From the NCBI GenBank assembly GCA_964429135.1, contig CAYSAU010000004.1, positions 31,499-95,498 of the forward strand: a DNA stretch of 64,000 nt, written 5' to 3'. A program made the position numbers and the translations under genes. Within the stretch, counting starts at the first letter, position 1. The number at the start of each line of letters is the position of its first letter. A model generated the notes under the pieces. That model did no database searches. It saw only the letters and a list, made by a program, of their open reading frames with translations, and was not told the DNA's origin. This DNA is from an uncultured Prolixibacteraceae bacterium. GTDB taxonomy: Bacteria > Bacteroidota > Bacteroidia > Bacteroidales > FEN-979. Below are positions 44,330-54,099 of the stretch, piece by piece.

Positions 44330-46990
44330 TTATTTATTAAGCGGGTAATATTTTTCAAAGAAACGAAGATACTGAGAAATATCTTTGTTACGGTAAAAAA
44401 CAGGATAATTTTCAGCCGAAATAGTAAAATCAGAATAGCCTCCGGAATTTTCCAGCTTGGTAAAAATATATTTACTGTTCCTGATGTTGATCAGATAATT
44501 CAAGGCTTTTTCTGCATTGTCAAAATTATTGACCGTTATCATTTGCCGGTCATTATCCAGTAACAGGTTGTTTATCTTCAGGTTTTCCAGGTCATGAAAT
44601 TTCTGGTTGAAGTCAGAAATTTTTACTTTCAGTGCTTCCACATCCACGTTATTTCCATCAACCACCAATACATAGAAATGTACAGCTTCGGGAGTAAAGT
44701 GGTACATTTTTAATCCGGGATCAAAAAGGACAGAAGAATCATTGACAATGGGCTCTCCCTGGGAATTTCTTTGTTTACCTAAAAAGTTCAGAACCTCTTG
44801 TGCCAATGCTTTGACTTCGCTTTTTGGATAGTCTTTGATGATCTGATACATGGATGCAGCCAGGGAGTCGACAACTTCAATTTTCCCCAAGGCCAGCCCA
44901 CGGAGGTAATCAAATCTGGGCATGAGTACAGAATCTGATCGGTATTGGTTTCTTGCCAGGTCAGCATTGTTGATCACCATATAATATTGCTGATTTTCAA
45001 AGGCCTTATAAGTGTCTTCGTAAAGGCGGGAAGCGTCGGATCTTCGGTCGTTGATTTCTTTATAGTAATTTGGGTTGTTGAGTAATTTGGCATAATCGGT
45101 TTCCGGAAAATTATTCAGGATAAGGTTTTTATAGTAATCACTCTTAGGTTTGTTATCGAGTTCGCGGTAGAGGACATAGAGCATATAATTGGCCTGCACG
45201 TGGTAGGTATTCACGGGAAAACGTTCCTGCAGTGTCTCAAAGGTGTTTATTGAACGGCCATAGTCGCCCAAGCCTTCATAATAAATGAAGCCGGTCTTGT
45301 AATAGGCCTGGATTATTTTTTCATCTGAGGCATTCTTTTGTTCTTTTGAAAATGGAATATTCTGGTTATAATAATTCCGGTCTTTGGGATTGTTTGATCT
45401 TGGTTTCACTCCCCTGGCTTGCAGGATAGTATCAGTGCCGGGAGAAGGGGTAAGGGTATCATTAGCTTCCGTTGTATTCATCGCAACGATGTTCTTATCG
45501 CTCAGGAACCAGTTATCTTCCAGTTTTCGTCGTCCCCATTTTCTGGAGAAATTGGTAAACCCGTTGGCCATGGTAGTTGGGTTGTAAAAATACCATCGTC
45601 CAACTGATGCTACAGAGGATTGCTGGTCAGCATTGACTCCGAACAAATTCAGGTTTTCGGCTTTCTCCTGTTCCTCTTCCCGTTTTTTGATTTCTTCTGC
45701 AATTAACTTGTTGATGATTTTGTCGAAAATGAGATTTCTCTCTTCGTCCGGCATTGAAGCCAGTTTTTGCAGACTGTCCTGGAGGCTGATCATGTTCAGA
45801 TTGGTCACCAGGTCCGTTAAGACTGTTGTTTTTTTCTGAATATCCTGGTATCCGGGATAATCTTTTGGGAGGAACTGCATGGTACTGTCATAATAAGCTT
45901 GTGCACCTGGATAGTCAGAACGGGCAAAACAGAGATCCGCCAGGAGTAAAGAAGAGATGGCTTTCTGATAGTTATTTTTGGTGCTTAAGGAGACGGATTT
46001 TTCGAGGTATTTTATAGTGGCAGTAGTATCTTTATCCCTAAGGGTGATCTGTGCCAGTGAATAATAAATCTGATCCTTCAGATCCTTGTTTTTATCATCC
46101 TTCAACATCCGGGTCAGTTTCTTGATGATATACTCCCTGTTTCCGCTTTTTGTGTCATAGCATTGTGCCAAATTAATTTTGGCATTGAATTCCATTTCAA
46201 ACTGGGGATTGCGTTTGATCACTTTTTCATAATAGCGGGATGCATTGTCGAGTTCTCCGTTCAGTTGATGTATCTGTCCCAGGATGAAATAGCATCGTGT
46301 CCGCATATTCCGGTCGGGGTTTAATTCAAGGGCTCTCTCAATAAAAGGAGAAGCGGAAGTATATTGTTTTTGAAGAATGTAGGATTGGCCGTAAGCAAGA
46401 TTCATACCTGTTTCAAGTTTCTGTGGCGCCTGACCTTGTTTGATCTTACTCTGAAGCATGTCAAGCATGGGTTCAGCCCGGGTAAAATCACTGAGCTGGA
46501 TATTTGAGAGTGCTTGCCAAAGCATGGCTTCATACTTGATTTCATTTTCATTGTATGTTTTTATAACAAACTCAAAAGTCCGGCGTGCCATGGGATAATC
46601 CTGCTTATAAAAATATGCTTTACCGATCAGTAGATATGAATCATCTATCCATCTCACGTATTCCTTGCGGTTAAACACCATGGAGTGTTTCTGAATAGTC
46701 TTGGAAGCCTTTTTAATCGCGATATCAGCGTATTGAGAAATTTTTCCGCTGCTGGTTTTATCCCCGAAATTATAAACAGGCAGTACCAGGGAATAATTAT
46801 CTGTCAATCCGGATTCAAATTCTTTTTTCCCCTGCCTCATATTATCCATCCCATTCCAGTATACATTATAGTGGGAAGTAAGGTTGTGATAAGTCCGTCG
46901 GATGAAGGTATTTTTCTTGGTAGAACAACTGCTGCCAAAAATAATGACAGAGATAACTAGAACCAACCCGGCAATGGAAAAAAACTTCAT
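44330..46990 (-). CDS. sprE: T9SS periplasmic TPR lipoprotein, SprE/PorW-like
   Basis: About 886 aa. A lipobox (FGSSC) is followed by STKKNTFIRRTYHNLTSHYNVYWNG, which matches the conserved N-terminus I recall for SprE/PorW. There are many TPR-like repeats. The ORF track start at 46999 is TTG; the ATG is at 46990. Confidence 0.7.
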   Translation of the reverse strand: MKFFSIAGLVLVISVIIFGSSCSTKKNTFIRRTYHNLTSHYNVYWNGMDNMRQGKKEFESGLTDNYSLVLPVYNFGDKTSSGKISQYADIAIKKASKTIQKHSMVFNRKEYVRWIDDSYLLIGKAYFYKQDYPMARRTFEFVIKTYNENEIKYEAMLWQALSNIQLSDFTRAEPMLDMLQSKIKQGQAPQKLETGMNLAYGQSYILQKQYTSASPFIERALELNPDRNMRTRCYFILGQIHQLNGELDNASRYYEKVIKRNPQFEMEFNAKINLAQCYDTKSGNREYIIKKLTRMLKDDKNKDLKDQIYYSLAQITLRDKDTTATIKYLEKSVSLSTKNNYQKAISSLLLADLCFARSDYPGAQAYYDSTMQFLPKDYPGYQDIQKKTTVLTDLVTNLNMISLQDSLQKLASMPDEERNLIFDKIINKLIAEEIKKREEEQEKAENLNLFGVNADQQSSVASVGRWYFYNPTTMANGFTNFSRKWGRRKLEDNWFLSDKNIVAMNTTEANDTLTPSPGTDTILQARGVKPRSNNPKDRNYYNQNIPFSKEQKNASDEKIIQAYYKTGFIYYEGLGDYGRSINTFETLQERFPVNTYHVQANYMLYVLYRELDNKPKSDYYKNLILNNFPETDYAKLLNNPNYYKEINDRRSDASRLYEDTYKAFENQQYYMVINNADLARNQYRSDSVLMPRFDYLRGLALGKIEVVDSLAASMYQIIKDYPKSEVKALAQEVLNFLGKQRNSQGEPIVNDSSVLFDPGLKMYHFTPEAVHFYVLVVDGNNVDVEALKVKISDFNQKFHDLENLKINNLLLDNDRQMITVNNFDNAEKALNYLINIRNSKYIFTKLENSGGYSDFTISAENYPVFYRNKDISQYLRFFEKYYPLNK

Positions 46991-47038
46991 AGATTTCAAA
47001 TGGAGTAAGCCTATTATTCTTAATAAACAGAATTTTTA

Positions 47039-47046
47039 CAAAAATA
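47039..47046 (-). promoter_or_regulatory. Candidate -7 box TATTTTTG for sprE operon
   Basis: The reverse complement of caaaaata lies 49 nt upstream of the ATG at 46990. Confidence 0.3.
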
Positions 47047-47142
47047 TTTTAATTTTTCGATATAGCGCTGAAAACCCAGAACATTTGTCGGTTGACATAT
47101 TTTTCCGATCTTTGCAATGTTTATAGGAAATATCATCCATTC

Positions 47143-48033
47143 ATGGCCTCAGTTAAGAAGGAAAAGAAAAAGCACCCTTGGGTTAGTAAATTGAGAAACA
47201 AATACCGACTGGTATTCATGAATGATGAAAACATGGAGGAACGTTTAACATTCCGGCTTTCCCGTTTAAATGTTTTTGTCGCCCTTGGCACCCTGACCAT
47301 TCTTCTGATTATTCTGACCACTATCCTAATTGCTTTTACTCCTTTAAAAGAATATATTCCGGGATATACCAATGTCGGTCTTCAGAAAAAGCTGTACGAA
47401 CTACAATTAAAAACAGACTCCATTGAAAAGGATTTGCAAAGGAAAGATAAATTTATTCAAAACCTGAAGGATATCATTAATGGCAGGGATTTATCAGAAA
47501 ATATTCCCTTGGTCAGAGATACCCTTGCCCGTTACAAGAATATAAAGCTAAAACGATCTGAAGATGATTCTTTACTGAGAATACAGGTTGAAAATCAATC
47601 GAAATACCGTCTTTTTAAGATGGAAACCTTGGAAAACCTGGGGCAGAAAAAATCAACCATCGGGACCTTTTTGTTTTTTATTCCGCTCAAAGGGATAATA
47701 ACCAATGAATTTAATCGTTCTCAACAACACTACGGTGTGGATATTGTCGCCAAAGAGAATGAGGCTATAAAATCTGTACTGGATGGCACTGTCCTGTTTA
47801 CCAACTGGACACTTGAGACTGGTTATGTCATTGCCGTTCAGCATCCCCATAACATTGTTTCTATTTATAAACATAACTCCGCGATCCTGAAAAAATCAGG
47901 GGATCTTGTCAAAGCCGGTGAACCCATTGCGATTATCGGGAATAGTGGTGAACTGGCTACAGGTCCTCATCTTCATTTTGAGCTGTGGAATGATGGATAC
48001 CCTGTAAACCCAAAGGATTATATTACTTTTTAA
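47143..48033 (+). CDS. M23 family (LytM-type) metallopeptidase, membrane-anchored
   Basis: HYGVDI...IGNSGELATGPHLHFELW are M23 zinc-site motifs, and there is one N-terminal TM. The ATG at 47143 is preferred over the ORF-track start at 47092. Confidence 0.85.
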   Translation: MASVKKEKKKHPWVSKLRNKYRLVFMNDENMEERLTFRLSRLNVFVALGTLTILLIILTTILIAFTPLKEYIPGYTNVGLQKKLYELQLKTDSIEKDLQRKDKFIQNLKDIINGRDLSENIPLVRDTLARYKNIKLKRSEDDSLLRIQVENQSKYRLFKMETLENLGQKKSTIGTFLFFIPLKGIITNEFNRSQQHYGVDIVAKENEAIKSVLDGTVLFTNWTLETGYVIAVQHPHNIVSIYKHNSAILKKSGDLVKAGEPIAIIGNSGELATGPHLHFELWNDGYPVNPKDYITF

Positions 48034-48049
48034 TGTTGAACAGGCTGCT

Positions 48050-49216
48050 TTGAAAAAAAGAATAGCAATACTCGGCTCGACTGGATCCATAGGCACTCAG
48101 ACACTGGAAGTTATCCGGTTACATCCTGAATATTTTACCGTTGAGGTGCTGTCTGCCCAGAATAATTGCGATCTTCTTATCCGCCAGGCAATAGCATTCA
48201 AACCGAATGCAGTGGTGATCGGAAATAAAAACAGTTACGGTAAGGTTAAAGCTGCCTTGGCCTCTGACCCGGTCAAAGTCTTTGCTGGAGAAGAGGCAAT
48301 CAACCAGATCGTGGAAATGGACAGTATTGATCTGGTACTAAACGCCCAGGTTGGGTTTTCTGGATTTCAACCCACATTGAATGCCATCAGGCATGGGAAA
48401 AATATTGCGCTGGCCAATAAGGAAACGCTGGTGGTTGCAGGGAAAATGGTCATGGAGCAGGCAGCCCTTCACCATTCATGGATCCTTCCTGTTGATTCAG
48501 AACATTCGGCAATTTTTCAGTGTCTGATCGGCGAACAGAGATCTACCTTAGAAAAAATATATCTCACGGCTTCAGGCGGCCCTTTTCTCGGATATTCCCG
48601 AAATCAACTCAAAGGGGTAAGCAGGGAGGCCGCTTTAAATCATCCTAACTGGAAAATGGGGAGTAAAATCACCATTGATTCAGCAACGATGATGAATAAA
48701 GGGCTTGAGGTGATTGAAGCCCGTTGGCTTTTTAATCTTAAACCTGAACAGATCGATGTCATCATCCACCCTCAGTCAGTCATTCATTCCATTATACAGT
48801 TCCATGATGGATCCATGAAAGCGCAGATGGGAAGACCTGATATGAAACTTCCCATCCTTTTTGCATTGGCTTATCCTGAGCGGATTAGGTCAACTTTCCC
48901 GCGCTTCAGTTTTCCGGATTATCCCCAGATGACATTTACTGCACCCGATGTCTCGGTATTCCCTTGCTTATTGTTGGCTTATTCCGCCCTGGAAAAAGGA
49001 GGCAATCTTGCCTGTATTGTTAATGCAGCCAATGAAAGTGCAGTAGCCGCTTTTCTGAATAACAGGATTGAGTTCTTACAGATTCCTGAAGTCATTGAAC
49101 GCTGCATGCACACCTTGCCTTTCATTCCTGAGCCCTCTGATGAGGATTATCTACGTTCACACAGGGAGACCATGATTAAAGCCGAAGAATTTATACGAAA
49201 AATAGAAATAAATTAA
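48050..49216 (+). CDS. dxr: 1-deoxy-D-xylulose 5-phosphate reductoisomerase
   Basis: 388 aa with the NADPH motif ILGSTGSIG and conserved LANKE and SEHSA segments. The start is TTG in the ORF track. Confidence 0.95.
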   Translation: MKKRIAILGSTGSIGTQTLEVIRLHPEYFTVEVLSAQNNCDLLIRQAIAFKPNAVVIGNKNSYGKVKAALASDPVKVFAGEEAINQIVEMDSIDLVLNAQVGFSGFQPTLNAIRHGKNIALANKETLVVAGKMVMEQAALHHSWILPVDSEHSAIFQCLIGEQRSTLEKIYLTASGGPFLGYSRNQLKGVSREAALNHPNWKMGSKITIDSATMMNKGLEVIEARWLFNLKPEQIDVIIHPQSVIHSIIQFHDGSMKAQMGRPDMKLPILFALAYPERIRSTFPRFSFPDYPQMTFTAPDVSVFPCLLLAYSALEKGGNLACIVNAANESAVAAFLNNRIEFLQIPEVIERCMHTLPFIPEPSDEDYLRSHRETMIKAEEFIRKIEIN

Positions 49217-49229
49217 CTAAATCATTTAA

Positions 49230-50552
49230 ATGATGGAGATCGTTGTCAAGATTACACAATTATTGCTGAGCCTTTCCATACTGGTTATTTTTCATGAATT
49301 CGGTCATTACATTACGGCCAGAATATTCAGGACCAGAGTGGAGAAATTCTATCTGTTTTTTAATCCCTGGTTTTCACTTTTTAAGTTTAAAAAAGGTGAA
49401 ACAGAATATGGGTTGGGATGGATTCCTCTTGGAGGTTATGTGAAAATATCAGGAATGATTGATGAATCCATGGATGTGGAGCAAATGAAACAAGCTCCCC
49501 AAGCCTGGGAATTCAGGTCGAAACCTGCCTGGCAACGACTGATCATCATGCTGGGCGGAGTCACGGTAAATATCCTCCTGGCCATTGGAATTTATATTGT
49601 CATGTTGTTTGCCTGGGGAGAGCAATACCTTCCTGCTTCGGAATTAAAATATGGGATTACTGTGGATTCTCTGGGATATCAAATGGGACTCAGAAACGGA
49701 GATAAAATTTTATCCATAGACCATAAGATGGTCGATGATTTTGCTTCCATTCCAAAGGTAATCATTCTGGAGGAAGCCAAAACTATCCAGGTACTCAGAG
49801 GGGATCAGGCAACGGAAATATCAATCCCTAAAGGAGCGATAAGTCAGATGATCAAAAGAAAAACCCCGGATTTTATTTCTTATCGTATTCCTTTTGAAAT
49901 TGGTGATTTTACAAAAAACTCTCCTGCCAGACAAGCCGGATTGGCTATCAACGACAGGATCATTGGTATCAACGACAGCCTGCTTGGTTATTTCGATCAG
50001 TTTCGGGCGATGATCGGGCGTTTTAAAAACAGGGAAGTCAGCATCCTCGTGCTGCGCGGAAGCGATACCCTGCAAATCCCAGTTATGGTTCCTCAGGAAG
50101 GCCTGATCGGTGTTTATCCAAAGGGTCCAACGAATTATTTCAACCTGAAAGAAAAAAAATATTCGTTGATCTCTGCAATTCCGGCGGGTGTCACAAAAAC
50201 TTGGAACGGGGTCGGCAATTATCTAAAATCGATCAAACTTCTTTTTTCACAGGAGAAAGCCTATGAATCGGTGGGTGGATTTATCACCATCGGAAGTATT
50301 TTCCCTTCGACCTGGGATTGGCAGGCATTCTGGTCGTTGACTGCATTTTTATCGATTATGCTGGCCATACTGAATGTTTTACCCATTCCAGCACTGGATG
50401 GCGGGCATGTGATGTTTCTGTTTTATGAAATTATTTTCCGGAAAAAACCCAGTGATAAATTCATGGAATATGCCCAGTATGCGGGAATGGCTATCCTTTT
50501 TGGACTTCTTATTTTTGCCAATGGGAATGACATTGTTAAACTATTCAGGTAA
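49230..50552 (+). CDS. rseP: RIP site-2 metalloprotease RseP
   Basis: 440 aa with HEFGH in the first TM, PDZ region(s), and a C-terminal NVLPIPALDGG motif. The dxr-rseP synteny is classical. Confidence 0.9.
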   Translation: MMEIVVKITQLLLSLSILVIFHEFGHYITARIFRTRVEKFYLFFNPWFSLFKFKKGETEYGLGWIPLGGYVKISGMIDESMDVEQMKQAPQAWEFRSKPAWQRLIIMLGGVTVNILLAIGIYIVMLFAWGEQYLPASELKYGITVDSLGYQMGLRNGDKILSIDHKMVDDFASIPKVIILEEAKTIQVLRGDQATEISIPKGAISQMIKRKTPDFISYRIPFEIGDFTKNSPARQAGLAINDRIIGINDSLLGYFDQFRAMIGRFKNREVSILVLRGSDTLQIPVMVPQEGLIGVYPKGPTNYFNLKEKKYSLISAIPAGVTKTWNGVGNYLKSIKLLFSQEKAYESVGGFITIGSIFPSTWDWQAFWSLTAFLSIMLAILNVLPIPALDGGHVMFLFYEIIFRKKPSDKFMEYAQYAGMAILFGLLIFANGNDIVKLFR

Positions 50553-50557
50553 TCGAC

Positions 50558-51454
50558 TTATTCTGATACCTTTTCCCTCAGCGATTTAAATCCTTCCCCG
50601 AGAATTTCGGTCGCATCCGTCACGGTCAAAAATGCTTTTGGATCAATTTCGTGGATGAATTCTTCCAGCATGCCTAATTCGCGCCGGCTGATAACCGTAA
50701 AAATTATCCGTCTCTCTGCATTATTGTACATGCCCTTACCATCGATAAAAGTTCCGCCACGGTCAAGGTTGTTGATGATTTTATCCCTGATTTCTTCATG
50801 CTTTTCGGAAATAATAAAAACACTTTTATCATAACTTACGCCTTCAAGCACAATGTCGATTACCTTTCCTGTGATAAAAATCACGATCCAGGAGTATAAT
50901 GGAATTTTCCAGTCCTGGAATACGATCAGACCAACCAAAACGATGACAGAGTCCACATAGATCATTAGCATGCCCAGAGGAAGCCTTGTATATTTTGCGA
51001 TGATCATGGCAACGATATCACTTCCGCCCGAAGTCGCCTTGGATTTGAAGATCAAACCCAATCCCAGTCCCGCCAGTACTCCTCCGAACACAGAAGACAG
51101 AAGCGCATCTCCTTCAACCAGGGGGTTAAAGCCCCAGAAAAATGTGAGGGTATCCGTAAATATTGCGGTCAGTGAAAATCCAAGAACGGTTTTATAGCCA
51201 AATCTCGGCCCAAGAAATTTTATTCCGATCAGGGTCAGGGGAATATCAAAACATAAGGCAACCAGCCCCACAGGGGTGCCAAAAAGGTAATGAAGTACAA
51301 TGGAGATTCCGTAAACACCGCCGGGGACAATTTTATAAGGGGTGATGAAGAGTACAAAACCGCTTGCCAGAATAAAGGATCCAATGATGATCAGACCATG
51401 GGAAACAAACCATTTACGGGTGAATGGTTTTTCTTTGATTAAAAAAAATGCCAT
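50558..51454 (-). CDS. YitT family membrane protein (DUF2179 C-terminal domain)
   Basis: 298 aa with a polytopic N-terminus and a soluble C-terminal domain, the typical YitT architecture. Confidence 0.8.
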   Translation of the reverse strand: MAFFLIKEKPFTRKWFVSHGLIIIGSFILASGFVLFITPYKIVPGGVYGISIVLHYLFGTPVGLVALCFDIPLTLIGIKFLGPRFGYKTVLGFSLTAIFTDTLTFFWGFNPLVEGDALLSSVFGGVLAGLGLGLIFKSKATSGGSDIVAMIIAKYTRLPLGMLMIYVDSVIVLVGLIVFQDWKIPLYSWIVIFITGKVIDIVLEGVSYDKSVFIISEKHEEIRDKIINNLDRGGTFIDGKGMYNNAERRIIFTVISRRELGMLEEFIHEIDPKAFLTVTDATEILGEGFKSLREKVSE

Positions 51455-51484
51455 AAATTAGATTTTTGAATATCAGATTAAATG

Positions 51485-51492
51485 CAAAGATA
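51485..51492 (-). promoter_or_regulatory. Candidate -7 box TATCTTTG for yitT
   Basis: The reverse complement of caaagata lies 31 nt upstream of the ATG at 51454. Confidence 0.3.
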
Positions 51493-51627
51493 TTTGTTAT
51501 TGAACAATTGAATTTCAAAAAAACTGTTATTGTATTAACAAAAAATTGTACTTTTATCGCAGTTTTAGAAGCTATAACAACACTATTTTTGATCCTGCTC
51601 CGTAACATTTGCTCACCGGTTAACAGA

Positions 51628-52566
51628 ATGAAGAGATTTTTTATACTGGTGGTGTTTTTATCTGGGGGTTGGCCATTGGTCTTCTCTCAGCAGAATACGC
51701 TCATCACCCAGTATATGTTCAATAATATGGCGTTTAATCCTGCCTATGCTGGGAGCAGTGGGGGAATTTGTGTCAAAGGCCTGGTACGGGAACAATGGAT
51801 TGGTTTCAAAGATGAAGACGGGAACACGATAGCTCCCGAAACTTTTTTACTGACTGTGGATGCACCCATCCGGATTCTGCATGGGGGAATTGGCGGAAGT
51901 ATTTCTCAGGATAAACTCGGATTTTTCAGTAATATCGCAGTTAAACTGGGTTATGCCTATATCATGGGATTGGGTCAGGGCGACTTGTCGATCGGACTTC
52001 AACTGGATTTCCAGAATACCAAACTGGACTTTTCAAAATTCAAACCCGTTGACTCTGATGATGAACTGATCAATGGTAAATCCAGTGAGACGGACATGAT
52101 GTTTGATCTGTCTGCGGGGTTATTTTACAAGATACAGGATAAATTCTGGGTCGGGTTATCCGGAGATCAGTTACTTCAATCAAAAGGGCATAATACAAAT
52201 TATCAGCTTAAGCGACATTTCTACCTGGCTTCAGGATATCAATGGGTCATCCCCAACCACCCCTTATTCGAACTTCAGCCATCATTGCTGTTGAAATACG
52301 ATGGGGCTGTTTTTCAGTTCGACCTGAGTGGCCTAGTCTGGTATAACAATAAATTCTATGGAGGGTTGTCGTATCGTTATCAAGATGCCGTTTCTATTCT
52401 TGCCGGTTTATCCATTAAAAGTTTCAGGGTAGGCCTTGCATACGACATTAACACCTCTAAATTGAGCAAATATAATAATGGCAGTATTGAAGTTATGCTG
52501 GGATACTGTTTTAAAATAGATACTGATAAATTTAGAAAAAGTTACCGGAACACACGTTTCCTGTAA
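51628..52566 (+). CDS. porP: PorP/SprF family T9SS outer membrane protein
   Basis: From the ATG at 51628 the sequence runs MKRFFILVVFLSGGWPLVFSQQNTLITQYMFNNMAFNPAYAG, the hallmark PorP/SprF N-terminus. The barrel ends in RNTRFL. The ORF-track extension to 51466 is implausible. Confidence 0.8.
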   Translation: MKRFFILVVFLSGGWPLVFSQQNTLITQYMFNNMAFNPAYAGSSGGICVKGLVREQWIGFKDEDGNTIAPETFLLTVDAPIRILHGGIGGSISQDKLGFFSNIAVKLGYAYIMGLGQGDLSIGLQLDFQNTKLDFSKFKPVDSDDELINGKSSETDMMFDLSAGLFYKIQDKFWVGLSGDQLLQSKGHNTNYQLKRHFYLASGYQWVIPNHPLFELQPSLLLKYDGAVFQFDLSGLVWYNNKFYGGLSYRYQDAVSILAGLSIKSFRVGLAYDINTSKLSKYNNGSIEVMLGYCFKIDTDKFRKSYRNTRFL

Positions 52567-52578
52567 TAAAATATATTG

Positions 52579-52586
52579 TAGATTTG
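52579..52586 (+). promoter_or_regulatory. Candidate -7 box TAGATTTG upstream of gldK
   Basis: Matches TAnnTTTG with TTTC 18 nt upstream. It lies 83 nt before the ATG at 52669. Confidence 0.35.
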
Positions 52587-52668
52587 CACCTTTATTTTTC
52601 AATTGTTAGGCTTAAATATAATAATCATTAATAAGTAGCGTTATTTTTCATCATTAATCGGCCAAAAA

Positions 52669-54036
52669 ATGAAAAAACTGCTCATTTATTCAGCCTTGCT
52701 CATATTCCTGGCCAGTTGTGGTAATTCAGGAAATGGTGAGCTTACAGGCGTGAAAAACCGGAAGCGATACTACCAACCTGATCCATTTGGCATGGTTTAC
52801 GTGCCCATGGGCTCTTATACCATGGGTGTGAGCGATGAAGATGTGCCATATGCCCAGTTAAATAATCCCAAAACGGTTACCGTCCAGGCTTTTTATATGG
52901 ACCAAACGGAGATAACCAACAATCAGTATAGGCAATTCGTTTACTGGGTGCGGGATTCCATTGCAAGACGTATTCTGGGTGAGATTAAACCGGAATTGTA
53001 TTTCATCACTGAAAATAAAAAAACAGGGGAAACTTTTGATCCCCCCTTCCTGAACTGGCAGACCAAGCTTTCATGGAACCCAGAAGAGCAGGATATGCGC
53101 GATGCTTTGGCACAGATGTACCTGCCGGAAAATGAACGCTATTTCAGGCGCAAGGAAATCGATACCCGTAAGTTGTATTACGAATATTATTTTGTTGATT
53201 TGAAAGCTGCGGCCAGAAAGGATTATAGCGGGCAGTCTGATCCTAAAGATGCTGGCCTTGCTAACCGCCCACAGGGCATGAAAGACCGTTCCGTATATGT
53301 GCGCAAAGAAGTCATCGGGGTCTATCCTGATACCCTTTGCTGGATTCATGATTTTGCCTATTCTTTCAATGATCCCAGCACTGAGAAATATTTCTGGCAT
53401 CCTGCCTATGATCATTATCCCGTGGTCGGTGTGAACTGGAAGCAAGCCAATGCCTTCTGTATCTGGCGAACCAATTTAAAAAACAGCAGTCTGTACGGGA
53501 AAAAGGGTGAAACCTTTATTTCGGAATTTCGTTTGCCAACAGAAGGAGAATGGGAATGGGCCGCCCGTGGTGGCTATGATGGTAACCCCTATCCCTGGGG
53601 CGGACCCTATACAAGAAATGACAAAGGCTGTTTCCTGGCTAATTTTAAACCGATGAGAGGCAATTATATCGATGACGGAGGAGCCATTACTGTGATCGTT
53701 GCACATTATCCGGCCAATGATTTTGGATTGTATGATATGGCTGGTAACGTTTCCGAATGGACAAGTTCTGCCTTCCATACTTCATCCTATAACTTTACCT
53801 GGGATTTAAATCCCGATTATAAATACAATGCCAAGGATACAGATCCTTCTACTTTGAAACGCAAAGTGATACGAGGAGGTTCTTGGAAAGATGTATCCTA
53901 TTTTCTGAGGGTTTCTACCCGATCGTATGAATTTCAGGATACGGCCAAGTGTTATATTGGTTTCCGCTGTGTTCAAAGTTATCTGGGAAGACAGAAAGAC
54001 GATAACCCGGCCCGTGCATCAAAAGTTTACCGTTAA
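52669..54036 (+). CDS. gldK: Gliding motility/T9SS lipoprotein GldK (PorK), FGE-sulfatase-fold
   Basis: 455 aa with the lipobox FLASC. FGE/SUMF1-like motifs are present (YMDQTEITNNQYRQF, RLPTEGEWEWAARGG, RGGSWKD). Confidence 0.9.
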   Translation: MKKLLIYSALLIFLASCGNSGNGELTGVKNRKRYYQPDPFGMVYVPMGSYTMGVSDEDVPYAQLNNPKTVTVQAFYMDQTEITNNQYRQFVYWVRDSIARRILGEIKPELYFITENKKTGETFDPPFLNWQTKLSWNPEEQDMRDALAQMYLPENERYFRRKEIDTRKLYYEYYFVDLKAAARKDYSGQSDPKDAGLANRPQGMKDRSVYVRKEVIGVYPDTLCWIHDFAYSFNDPSTEKYFWHPAYDHYPVVGVNWKQANAFCIWRTNLKNSSLYGKKGETFISEFRLPTEGEWEWAARGGYDGNPYPWGGPYTRNDKGCFLANFKPMRGNYIDDGGAITVIVAHYPANDFGLYDMAGNVSEWTSSAFHTSSYNFTWDLNPDYKYNAKDTDPSTLKRKVIRGGSWKDVSYFLRVSTRSYEFQDTAKCYIGFRCVQSYLGRQKDDNPARASKVYR

Positions 54037-54099
54037 TCGTTATAACCATTTAATCTGTTAATAAATCAATTGTTTATAATCACTTAATTTTTCATCAAC

